Positions 46,305 to 55,138 of a DNA stretch of 64,000 nucleotides are shown here, piece by piece. Below the pieces are notes generated by a model. That model worked only from the letters and a program-made list of their open reading frames with translations, had not been told where the DNA came from and did no database searches. Made by a program: the position numbers and the translations under genes. Within the stretch, counting starts at the first letter, position 1. The number at the start of each line of letters is the position of its first letter. Source of the stretch: Spirochaetia bacterium (GTDB lineage Bacteria > Spirochaetota > Spirochaetia > CAKZLE01); contig OY782041.1 in the NCBI GenBank assembly GCA_963677595.1, forward strand, positions 3,936,001 through 4,000,000, read 5' to 3'.

Positions 46305-46823
46305 CTATTTCGGGGCTATCGAGAAGGTCAGGGTGTCTGTGTAGTATCCTGATTCCAGCTCTACGGCAGTGCCGTCGTAGGAGATCGAGACGGTCTTCGA
46401 GATCCCCGCACTTACCTCGGTGGTGGAGTTGGTGACGATAGCCTTCCCTTCGGTGTCGAAGACGATCTCTACCCCGTCATAATAGATGGTATACTCCAAC
46501 CCGGTCGTGTTCGTCGGGTCCTCAGGAATGAGGAAGGGCTTCCCGGTGCCGACAGCACCGAGCGAAGAGACCTCGACAGAATAGCCCGTCTGGGAATTGG
46601 CGACTTCCTGTACAGATCCCACGGTAATATTGACTGCCTTCTGGGTCAGGTTCAACAGCCCGACGTCCCGGTTAGCCGTGACGGTGATCTCCACGAGATT
46701 CGGTACGTATGCCTCGAGCCTGAGCGTGCCTGTCTCTGCAGCTGATCCCGTACTGCAGGCAAGCAGGAGCAGCACGATCGCCGCGACTGTTGAGCGAAAC
46801 TTCGATGTTATGATTCTTCTCAT
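46305..46823 (-). CDS. Secreted beta-rich protein, fimbrial/SCPU-like subunit candidate
   Basis: Signal peptide, N-terminal strand GTLRLEAYVP and C-terminal GYYTDTLTFSI. Confidence 0.55.
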   Translation of the reverse strand: MRRIITSKFRSTVAAIVLLLLACSTGSAAETGTLRLEAYVPNLVEITVTANRDVGLLNLTQKAVNITVGSVQEVANSQTGYSVEVSSLGAVGTGKPFLIPEDPTNTTGLEYTIYYDGVEIVFDTEGKAIVTNSTTEVSAGISKTVSISYDGTAVELESGYYTDTLTFSIAPK

Positions 46824-46984
46824 CTTTCCTTCCGTAAACTTACTTTTTTAAATTATAATATCAATATAGTATGTTCTGTGAAAATAGTCAAAGTTACAGA
46901 CCTGTATTTACTACATTTTTGTGCTATGGCAGAGTGATTCAGTTGTTTTCTGATGCTATTGTTTTATAATCAAGGAGTTCCTCT

Positions 46985-47575
46985 ATGAAACGAATCCGTA
47001 GGCTGTTCTTATCCGGCCTTCTTGCGATCATCCCCATCGCTATCACCTTCTACCTGCTCTTCTGGCTGCTTCGGAGTGCCGACAACATCCTCCGTAACCC
47101 GATCGAGCACCTGCTCGGAACCTACTACCCGGGCATGGGCTTCGCATCCCTGCTGATAATCATCTTCCTGATCGGGCTCTTCACCAACAACGTGCTCGGC
47201 CGCTGGTTCATGAACCTCATCAACACGATCCTCAACCGGGCCCCCCTCATCAACAGCATCTACGGTTCTGTCTCCCAGATCATGAAGACTTTCGCCTCCG
47301 ACAAGAACCGGAGCTTCTCGAAGGTCGTCCTCGTCGACTTTCCCAATCCCGATACCAAGTCGATCGGGTTCATCACCAATGAGGACATCACCTTCTCCGG
47401 CAGCCAGCTGGTCTCTGTCTTCATCCCTACCACGCCGAACCCCTCGAACGGGTTCCTCATCATGGTGAGGGCTGACCAGTACACCGAGGTGGACATCCCG
47501 GTAGACCAGGCGCTCAAGATGGTCGTCTCCATGGGGACGCTCCTGCCCGACCACCTGCAGCCCGAAGTCTCCTAA
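46985..47575 (+). CDS. DUF502 membrane protein
   Basis: GLLAIIPIAIT, P.INSIY, VFIPTTPNPSNGF and ALKMVVSMG. Confidence 0.9.
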   Translation: MKRIRRLFLSGLLAIIPIAITFYLLFWLLRSADNILRNPIEHLLGTYYPGMGFASLLIIIFLIGLFTNNVLGRWFMNLINTILNRAPLINSIYGSVSQIMKTFASDKNRSFSKVVLVDFPNPDTKSIGFITNEDITFSGSQLVSVFIPTTPNPSNGFLIMVRADQYTEVDIPVDQALKMVVSMGTLLPDHLQPEVS

Positions 47576-47607
47576 GAAGCAGGGTCTTCCGGCTTCACCC
47601 GGGACAT

Positions 47608-47647
47608 AAAAGAGGGCCGGGTTCCCTCTTCCAAGATCACCCGGCCC
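47608..47647 (-). terminator. Probable terminator after the DASS gene
   Basis: gggccgggt/acccggccc stem with aaaaga on its left. Confidence 0.5.
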
Positions 47648-47676
47648 CAACACCTATATACACACACTTTATAAGG

Positions 47677-49140
47677 TCAGTATAGTCCCGTCCCCAACCC
47701 GACGAGGTAGACGACGCCGGAGAGGATGATCGTCCCGAACAGCGTCATGAGCAGTCCCGACTTCGCAAAGTCCGCGATCGAGAAGTAGCCTGCCGAATAG
47801 GGAATGACGTTCGTCGGTGAGGAGGTCACCAGGATGAACGCAAGCGATGCCACCAATGAGGCCGGAAGGGCCACGGAGAGCACCGGCAGTCCCAAGGCGA
47901 CGGCCAGCTCGATCATGATCGGGATGATGATCGTCGCCGTGACCGTGTTGCTCGAGAAGACGATCTTCAACAGCGAGATCATCAGCACGATCACGAACAC
48001 CATCACGTACGACGGCAGGCTCCCGATGCCTGAGAGCAGTACCACCGACAGCCATCTTGCCGCCCCCGACGTGTAGAGCATCATACCAAGCGAGATCCCC
48101 GTCACGATCAGGATGATCCCGCTCCACGATACCTGCGGCTCGATCTGCTTCCACGGAATACGCGAGACCTTCGGCAGGAAGAACAGACAGGCGGTGAACA
48201 TCACCGGCATCGAGATCGGGATGCTGATCCCCAGCCACTTCCCGAGCACCGGCGAACCGAGCCACAGCACCACCGTGATCAGGAAGAGCACCATCGTGAT
48301 GATCTCTTCCCGTCCCATCGGCGGCAGGTCCTTCGACTCTTGCTTGAGCTCTTCCTTCGTCTTCGACAGATGACTCATCTCCGGCTTGAAGAAGATCATC
48401 AGCGTCACCCATGAGGCCGGGATCATCAACAGTGCCGCCGGCACCCCGTAGAGCATCCACTGCCCGAAGGTCACGTCATAGCCTGCCATATCCTTCAGGA
48501 ACCCGATCGCCAGCGCGTTCGGTCCCGCACCTGAAGGCGTCGCGATCCCCCCGATGATCGACCCTTGCGCACACGCGATCAGCAGGGCACGCCCGAAGTT
48601 GCTCTCCAGCGGCTTGATCCCTTCCTCTTCCAGGATCGCCACCGCCAACGGCATCAGCATCGCCGCTACCGCCATGTTCGTGATCCACATCGACAGCAGG
48701 CCACCTGCCAGCAGGAACCCGAAGAGGATACTCTTCGTCGAGTTCCCCGTCTTCGAGAGGATCAGCACACCGATGCGCTTGCCCAGCCCAGACGTCGTGA
48801 TGAACGCTGAGAGGATCAGGACCCCGATGAAGAACGTCACCGTGTTCGACCCGAACCCCTCTTTCACGATCACCTTATAGGTATCTACCCGGAACAGCGT
48901 CAGCAGCACGATCGACAGCATCCCCGTCACATGGAACGGGATCGCCTCGGTCATCCACAGCACCAGCGCGAAGACCAGTACCCCCATCGCTGCCTGTCCG
49001 GTCACCGTCAGCTCCGCACCCCCCACGATCCGTACCGAATCGGCGATCGGCATACTCTTCACCACCACCATCAGTACTGCCGCCAGTACGAAGTACAGCA
49101 TCTTCTTCGCATCTATCTTCTGTATCTCATTCAGGCTCAT
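47677..49140 (-). CDS. DASS/SLC13 anion transporter
   Basis: WMTEAIP, LSMWITN, GGIATPSGAGPN, SNT and SPTNVI; many TM helices. Confidence 0.9.
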   Translation of the reverse strand: MSLNEIQKIDAKKMLYFVLAAVLMVVVKSMPIADSVRIVGGAELTVTGQAAMGVLVFALVLWMTEAIPFHVTGMLSIVLLTLFRVDTYKVIVKEGFGSNTVTFFIGVLILSAFITTSGLGKRIGVLILSKTGNSTKSILFGFLLAGGLLSMWITNMAVAAMLMPLAVAILEEEGIKPLESNFGRALLIACAQGSIIGGIATPSGAGPNALAIGFLKDMAGYDVTFGQWMLYGVPAALLMIPASWVTLMIFFKPEMSHLSKTKEELKQESKDLPPMGREEIITMVLFLITVVLWLGSPVLGKWLGISIPISMPVMFTACLFFLPKVSRIPWKQIEPQVSWSGIILIVTGISLGMMLYTSGAARWLSVVLLSGIGSLPSYVMVFVIVLMISLLKIVFSSNTVTATIIIPIMIELAVALGLPVLSVALPASLVASLAFILVTSSPTNVIPYSAGYFSIADFAKSGLLMTLFGTIILSGVVYLVGLGTGLY

Positions 49141-49154
49141 CGAGCTCTCCTCTC

Positions 49155-50039
49155 TCAGTCTTCCAGCAGTTCCTTCAGCAGCTCACCCACGAACCGCGGC
49201 CGTTCAGCCACCAGCCCGCCGGCTTCCGTCAAGGCCGCGATCTTCCCCTCGACCGTGCCTTTACCACCGGTCACGATCGCTCCCGCATGGCCCATCCGCT
49301 TCCCTTTCGGGGCCGTCCGGCCACCTAAGAATGCCACCACCGGCTTCGTGAAGCTTCCGTCTGCCATCGCTTCGGCCACTTCCTCTTCCATCGTCCCGCC
49401 AAGCTCCCCGATGATCACCACCGCGTCGGTCGCCTCATCGGCCTCATAGAGCGGCAGCATCTCGGCAAACCGCGTCCCCGGCACCGGGTCGCCCCCGATC
49501 CCGATGAGCGAGCTCACCCCAAAGCCTGCGGCGACTACCATCGCCGTCACCTCATTGGTCAGTGACCCGCTTCGCGTCATGACCCCGATCCGTCCCGGCT
49601 TGTACACCCGGTCGATCCAGTAGGGGAACATCCCCATCATCGCTGACCCCGGGCTGATCACCCCGGAGGTGTTCCCCCCGACGACCATCGCCCCGCAGCT
49701 CTTCGCTGCAGCACGGATCTCTACCATCTCATGCAGCGGGATCCCGTCTGCGATCGTCACGATCTTTTTGATCCCGCCATCAAGTGCCTCGAAGACCGCA
49801 TCTTTGGTAAACCGCGGCGGCACGAACAGCATCGCCGCATCCACCTCATGCTCTGCCACTGCCCGTCTCACCGAGTGGTAGACCGGCTTCCCGCAGACTT
49901 CTTGGCCTTCCTTCCCAGGCGTCACCCCGCAGGTCACCTGTGTCCCAAGATCTATCATATGGCCTGTCCAGAAGCTCCCCTCTTTCCCGGTGATCCCCTG
50001 CACGAGTACCTTCGTATCCCTGTCTATGAATATGCTCAT
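49155..50039 (-). CDS. ADP-forming acid-CoA ligase alpha subunit (SucD-like, divergent)
   Basis: VLVQGITG, GVTPGK and phospho-His MGHAG; GGNTSG and TRSGSLTNE replace canonical GPNCPG and SRSGTLTYE. Confidence 0.88.
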   Translation of the reverse strand: MSIFIDRDTKVLVQGITGKEGSFWTGHMIDLGTQVTCGVTPGKEGQEVCGKPVYHSVRRAVAEHEVDAAMLFVPPRFTKDAVFEALDGGIKKIVTIADGIPLHEMVEIRAAAKSCGAMVVGGNTSGVISPGSAMMGMFPYWIDRVYKPGRIGVMTRSGSLTNEVTAMVVAAGFGVSSLIGIGGDPVPGTRFAEMLPLYEADEATDAVVIIGELGGTMEEEVAEAMADGSFTKPVVAFLGGRTAPKGKRMGHAGAIVTGGKGTVEGKIAALTEAGGLVAERPRFVGELLKELLED

Positions 50040-50044
50040 CTCTC

Positions 50045-51163
50045 TCAAGCTCCCTTCGCGATCGCCACGGCTTTCCGTACGGCCTCTTCCGTATCGAACA
50101 GCGGCTCGAGTCCTGCAGCTTGCAGGATCCTCACGGCCTCTTCCTCGTTCGTCCCACGGATGCACGTCACGATCGGCCGGTCCGGCTTCAGCTTCTGCAT
50201 CGCTTCCACGATCCCCTCTGCCATCACGTCCGCCCGCGCGATCGTCCCGAAGGTCACCATCAGGATCACCTTCGACTCATTCTGCAAACACAGTTCCATC
50301 GCCCGCATCGCCTTCCGGTAGTTCGGCCCCCCGAACTCCAGGTAGTTCGCGACCTTCCCACCTTCGTAGTTGATCAGGTCGTATACCGTCGTCGTCAAGC
50401 CTGCCCCCGCACACATCAGCGAGATGTCCCCGTCGAACTGCAGGTACGGGATTCCCTCACGCGCTGCCTCGAACTCCATGTCGCTCTCGTAGTACTCACG
50501 GGTCCGCTCATACCCGGGCTGCCGATCCATCGAGTTCTCATCGATACTGAGCTTCCCGTCTCCTGCAACCACCTGCCCCTCGGTTGTGATGAACAGCGGG
50601 TTGATCTCTGCCAATTCCGCATCACAGGTGGAGAAGACCTCGTAGAGCTGCATCACGATCTTCTTCACCTGCTTCGCTGTCGTCCCCTCGCAGCCGAGCC
50701 GGTAGGCAAGGTCCCCTGCCTGGTAGGGCTGCAGCCCCGCGGTGATCTCCACCGGCTCCTGGATGATCTTCTCAGGATCGGTGACCGCCAAGCTCTCGAT
50801 CTCCACCCCGCCTTCTGCGCTCGCGATGATCAGTGCAGACGGGGCCACCGGGTCGATCGTCACCGACAGGTAGATCTCACGGTCAATAGACACCGCTTCC
50901 TCTACCAGCAGCTTCTTCACCCCATGCTCGGAGGCAAACAGCCGCTCGGCTTCCGATTTCGCTTCCTCTGCCGTCCTCACGAACGGGATCAGCCCCGCCT
51001 TCCCGCGCCCGCCCCGCAGTACCTGCGATTTCAGCACGCAGGGAAGCCCGACCTCCTCGATCGCTGCGAGCACCTCTTCTACGCTCTCGGCCAATACGCC
51101 TTTCGGCGTCTTGATCCCGTGGGTCCGGAAGACCTCTTTCGCCTGGTATTCGAATAGTTTCAT
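50045..51163 (-). CDS. ADP-forming acid-CoA ligase beta subunit (SucC-like, divergent)
   Basis: EYQAK, GGRGKAG, EGGVEIE and EINPL; MCAGAGLTT, NYLEFGG and TFGTIARAD differ from canonical VNGAGLAM, NFLDVGG and IFGGIVRCD. Confidence 0.88.
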   Translation of the reverse strand: MKLFEYQAKEVFRTHGIKTPKGVLAESVEEVLAAIEEVGLPCVLKSQVLRGGRGKAGLIPFVRTAEEAKSEAERLFASEHGVKKLLVEEAVSIDREIYLSVTIDPVAPSALIIASAEGGVEIESLAVTDPEKIIQEPVEITAGLQPYQAGDLAYRLGCEGTTAKQVKKIVMQLYEVFSTCDAELAEINPLFITTEGQVVAGDGKLSIDENSMDRQPGYERTREYYESDMEFEAAREGIPYLQFDGDISLMCAGAGLTTTVYDLINYEGGKVANYLEFGGPNYRKAMRAMELCLQNESKVILMVTFGTIARADVMAEGIVEAMQKLKPDRPIVTCIRGTNEEEAVRILQAAGLEPLFDTEEAVRKAVAIAKGA

Positions 51164-51168
51164 TGCTC

Positions 51169-52581
51169 TTACTCCCCGTACTTCTCTATGAATGCACCGA
51201 ACATCTCCTCATCACTCGGCTTCGACGGTGTGATCGGCTTCGAGAGCCACGTCACGTTGAGGAAGTGCTTGTAGTTGATGTTCTCCGTCGTGATGTTCCC
51301 GCCCCACGTACCGCAGCCAAGGGTGACCGTAGACGGCATCCCGTTGAAGAAGTTCCCCCCGTTCGCCGGGGCCTGCGGCTGGTTCACGATGATCCTCGAG
51401 GACTTCATATGGGTCCCGAGGTAGTCGATGTATGCCTCGTTCTGCGTGAAGATCCCGCAGGAGTGGCCTGTCCCGTTGTTGTCCGTGATCTCTTTGAGCA
51501 GCGTATACCCCTCTTCGAAGTCTGTGTACTTCCATACCGTGAGCACCGGAGAGAGCTTCTCCTTCGCATACCGGTCTTCGGTGATCGGCCTCTTCCCCTC
51601 TACCACGAGCATCCGCTTCTCTGCAGGGATCGAAAGCCCTGCGTCAGCGGCGATCACCTGCGCCGACTTCGCCACGATCCCCGGGTTCAGCGCCCGGTAC
51701 CCGTTCTTGTTCTCTATCCACATCCACTGCTCTAACGTCTGCTTCTCTTCAGCCGAACACAGGTATCCGCCTTCAGCTTCCAGGAGTCGCATGAACTCGT
51801 CATAGATCGACTCATGCACGATCACGGAGTTCTCTGACGAGCAGCTCGTCGCGTTGTCGAAGCACTTGCTCAAAGCTACCTTCGCTGCCGCGTCGGCTAC
51901 ATCGGCATCCTCGGCAATGATCTGCACCGAGTTCCCCGGCCCTACCCCGTAGGCTGGCGTGCCTGAGGAGTAGGCGGCCTTCACCATCGCACCGCCTCCG
52001 GTCGCCAAGACCAGGTCCACCTTCGCCATGAGTTCCCCCGTTGCCGGGATCGATGGTTCTGCAATGATCTGGATGAGGTCCTCAGGCGCCCCCACCTTCT
52101 TCAAGCCGGCACGCATGTACTCCACGGCCAGTGAGGAAGCGGCCTTCGACCGCGGGTGCGGTGCGAAGATCACCGCGTTCCGCCCTTTGAGCACGCTCAC
52201 CGCGTTGCTTCCCGGCGTCGCTGTCGGGTTCGTCACCGGCGTCAATGCCCCGATGACCCCAACGGGCTTGGCATACTTGAAGATCTGCTTCGCCTCATCG
52301 GTCTCGATGAGCCCCACAGACTTCGCGCCTGGGTCCATCACGTCCTTCAGTACCCCGAGGATCTTCCCCTTATGCTTCTTCACCTTGTCCTCGTAGTTCC
52401 CCATCCCCGTCTCCTCGACGGCTAATGCGGCTAACTTCTCGATGTTCTCGTCCTTATACACTTCCCACCCGATCGCTAAACACACCTCGTCGATCTGCTC
52501 CTGGGTGTAGTCGGCTACCTGGGCCTGCGCGGCTCGAGCCTTCGTGATCAATATATCGATTGCTGTATCTGCAGTTTCCAT
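51169..52581 (-). CDS. CoA-acylating aldehyde dehydrogenase (SauS-like)
   Basis: PVTNP, ATGGGAMVKAAYSSG, FDNATSCSSENS, EKLSPV, GHSCGI and GCGTWG. Confidence 0.85.
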   Translation of the reverse strand: METADTAIDILITKARAAQAQVADYTQEQIDEVCLAIGWEVYKDENIEKLAALAVEETGMGNYEDKVKKHKGKILGVLKDVMDPGAKSVGLIETDEAKQIFKYAKPVGVIGALTPVTNPTATPGSNAVSVLKGRNAVIFAPHPRSKAASSLAVEYMRAGLKKVGAPEDLIQIIAEPSIPATGELMAKVDLVLATGGGAMVKAAYSSGTPAYGVGPGNSVQIIAEDADVADAAAKVALSKCFDNATSCSSENSVIVHESIYDEFMRLLEAEGGYLCSAEEKQTLEQWMWIENKNGYRALNPGIVAKSAQVIAADAGLSIPAEKRMLVVEGKRPITEDRYAKEKLSPVLTVWKYTDFEEGYTLLKEITDNNGTGHSCGIFTQNEAYIDYLGTHMKSSRIIVNQPQAPANGGNFFNGMPSTVTLGCGTWGGNITTENINYKHFLNVTWLSKPITPSKPSDEEMFGAFIEKYGE

Positions 52582-52613
52582 AGAACCTCCGTCATGATAA
52601 AAAGTAATGCTCT

Positions 52614-52625
52614 TTGTCTATACAA
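52614..52625. promoter_or_regulatory. GntR/HutC-type operator TTGTCTATACAA
   Basis: Near-perfect palindrome just downstream of a minus-strand TTGACA (52647-52652); exact reverse complement at 53557-53568. Confidence 0.7.
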
Positions 52626-52686
52626 TTACACATTGATTTACGAATTTGTCAAGAGTTAATAGTGGAAAAACTTCTATAGATAACAC

Positions 52687-53475
52687 TTAGGAGGCTGAGA
52701 CTGTCCGCTTCTTCTTCCTTTTACGCTTGCTGCTGAAGAGGTACTTGCCCGAAGTCGCCTTGAACCGGTAGCGGTCCCCCCGATAGAAGGAATAGAGGAC
52801 TTCAACAGGGATCTCGTCAGCATCGTAGATGGTGCTCTCGAGCATCATGCAGGGTTCCGGTTCTGTTATCTCGAAGATAGCAAGCTCATCAGGTCCGGGA
52901 AGGACTGCCTGGAAGATCTGTGTGGAGTGGTGAAGCTCGACCCCGAACTTCTCCACGAGGAGGTGGTAGAAGGAATCTGTGATCTTCATATCGAGAAGCT
53001 TCTTGAACTCATCATAGGAGATATAGCTCTTCTCGATGAGGACCGGCTCATTCTCTACCCGTTTCACGCTGATGGTGAGGATAGCCTGCTGCTCTGGCCC
53101 GAGTTCCAGTAGGTTCGCCGTCCGCTCGTCGGGGGTCACGACCTCCATGGACAAGGTCTCATGGATCGGGATGATCCCATGGAGTTCCATGTCGTCATCG
53201 AAGGCGGAGATGTTCTCGAGGCCGTAGATGTATCCCCGCGGCTTGGTGGAGACCAGGATGGTCCCCTCTGCCCGCTTCCGTACGATCATCTTCTCGAGTA
53301 CGAGTTCTTCTAATGCCTGCCGGACGGTCATACGGTTGACGCCGAACTTCTCGGCGAGCTCCTCCTCGGTCGGCAGTCGGTCGCCCACCTGGATCCTTCC
53401 CCGGTTGATCATACCGAAGATCCATTGCCTGATCTGGAGATATTTAGGGACTTTACTTGTAGGATCCAATGCCAT
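52687..53475 (-). CDS. GntR family regulator (HutC/UTRA)
   Basis: PKYLQI, LPTEEELAEKFGVNRMTVRQAL and a UTRA-like C-terminus ending YRGDRYRF. Confidence 0.92.
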   Translation of the reverse strand: MALDPTSKVPKYLQIRQWIFGMINRGRIQVGDRLPTEEELAEKFGVNRMTVRQALEELVLEKMIVRKRAEGTILVSTKPRGYIYGLENISAFDDDMELHGIIPIHETLSMEVVTPDERTANLLELGPEQQAILTISVKRVENEPVLIEKSYISYDEFKKLLDMKITDSFYHLLVEKFGVELHHSTQIFQAVLPGPDELAIFEITEPEPCMMLESTIYDADEIPVEVLYSFYRGDRYRFKATSGKYLFSSKRKRKKKRTVSAS

Positions 53476-53556
53476 GTGTACACCTCTGCGTTGGATAAAG
53501 TCTATCACCATGGGTCTGGAAGGTCAATATAATGTATAGTTTGTATATCTGTATGT

Positions 53557-53568
53557 TTGTATAGACAA
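53557..53568. promoter_or_regulatory. GntR/HutC-type operator TTGTATAGACAA
   Basis: In the gntR/aminotransferase divergent region; reverse complement of 52614-52625. Confidence 0.7.
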
Positions 53569-53634
53569 ACACCATTTTCAATGATATCCTATTACAAAAA
53601 TACTCAAAAATACTGCCTTTCACAGGAGAAGTAG

Positions 53635-55002
53635 ATGGAACGATACAAATCTGTACCAAACGAGAAGATCAATCTCGATACCTATGAACTCGAGAATATT
53701 TACCAGTCATGGTGCTACCAGCCGGTAAACCCGCCCAACCGGGTCGTGTCGGCAAAAGGATTGCGGTTCACCACTGAGGACGGCCGTGAACGGCTCGACT
53801 TCAGTTCCTGCTTCGTCAGCCACAACATCGGGCACCAGGACCAGCGGGTGGTCGACGCGATCTGCCGCCAGGCGAACAAGCTCACCTCTTTCGCCCCGAG
53901 TTTCTCGACTGAGCCGAGAGCCCTGCTCGGGAAGATCCTGGAAGATATAACCCCCGGGGACCTGGGGACTTCCTTCATCTCCCTCGGCGGTACCGAGGCG
54001 AACGAAGCTGCGATCAAGATCGCCCAGCAGCATACCGGCAAGCGGAAGATCATCGGGCGCTACAGGAGCTACCATGGAGGGACCGGTGCAGCCATGTCGG
54101 TCTCCGTCGGGGACCCGAGGAGCTGGGCAGTCGTCTCAGGCAAGACGGAGGTGGTCGCCGTACCGCAGCCCTACTGCTACCGGTGCATGTTCGGCCAGGA
54201 ATACCTTTCCTGCAAGATGCAGTGCCTGAAGTACACCGAAGAGGTCATCCAGCTCGAGGGCGGGGATGATATGATCGCAGGGATGATCTGTGAGCCGGTT
54301 ACCGGTGCGAACGGCATCATCGTCCCGCCGCCTGAGTACTTCCCCATGCTTCGGGAGATCTGCGACAAATACGGGATCATGCTCATCGCCGATGAGGTCA
54401 TGAGTGGGTTCGGCAGGACCGGTAAGTGGTTCGCCGTTGACCACTGGGATGTCGTCCCAGACATCCTCAGCGTTGCGAAGGGCCTGACCTCAGGCTATTT
54501 CCCGCTTGGTGCCACGATCACGAAGAAGGATGTCGGCAAGTCCTTCCAGGAGAAGATGTTCAGCCACGGTGCGACCTATGCCGGCCATGCACTCGGCTGC
54601 GCGACCGCCATCGAGGTGGTGAGCATCTATGAGAAGGACAACCTGATCGAAAACTCAGCTGTCCTCGGCGAGTACCTCAAGCAGAAGGCCCTTGAACTGA
54701 AAGAGAAACACCCGGTCATCGGGGATGTCCGAGGTCTCGGCCTCTTCGTCGGTCTCGAGCTGGTCAAGGACCGGGAGACCAAGGAACCGATCATCCCGAT
54801 CAAGGCAAAGATCCAGAAGGGACTCAACCCGAAACTGGAACTGGCAAAGAGACTCGGGGAACTCGGCATGATGGTCATGGCCGCAAACCCAAGCAACGTC
54901 GTTGGTCTTGCACCGGCACTCATAGCAACCAAAGATGACATCGATGAGGGCATGGCTATCCTTGACGAGGCATTGGAGGTTCTAGGAAAATACACAGTAT
55001 AG
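53635..55002 (+). CDS. Class III (omega-amino acid) aminotransferase
   Basis: GGTEANE, YRSYHG, ADEVMSGFGRTG, AKGLTSGY, HGATYAGH and GDVRGLG. Confidence 0.9.
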   Translation: MERYKSVPNEKINLDTYELENIYQSWCYQPVNPPNRVVSAKGLRFTTEDGRERLDFSSCFVSHNIGHQDQRVVDAICRQANKLTSFAPSFSTEPRALLGKILEDITPGDLGTSFISLGGTEANEAAIKIAQQHTGKRKIIGRYRSYHGGTGAAMSVSVGDPRSWAVVSGKTEVVAVPQPYCYRCMFGQEYLSCKMQCLKYTEEVIQLEGGDDMIAGMICEPVTGANGIIVPPPEYFPMLREICDKYGIMLIADEVMSGFGRTGKWFAVDHWDVVPDILSVAKGLTSGYFPLGATITKKDVGKSFQEKMFSHGATYAGHALGCATAIEVVSIYEKDNLIENSAVLGEYLKQKALELKEKHPVIGDVRGLGLFVGLELVKDRETKEPIIPIKAKIQKGLNPKLELAKRLGELGMMVMAANPSNVVGLAPALIATKDDIDEGMAILDEALEVLGKYTV

Positions 55003-55006
55003 AAAC

Positions 55007-55042
55007 AGAGGGGTGAGCAGCATCTGCTTGACCCCTCTTTCT
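55007..55042 (+). terminator. Terminator after the aminotransferase
   Basis: agaggggtgagcag/ctgcttgacccctct stem followed by ttct. Confidence 0.65.
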
Positions 55043-55138
55043 ATATAGGAAGTGATTTCACGAAATCACTTCCAAAGCCAGACTTAAAAATACCTATCTT
55101 TTTACGTCTGGATATACACACACATTTAGGGGGTATCT

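Noticed and set aside
49155-51163. Annotation as TCA-cycle sucCD
   Set aside because: Substrate-proximal motifs diverge and the context is an aldehyde dehydrogenase and transporter, so no gene symbol was assigned.
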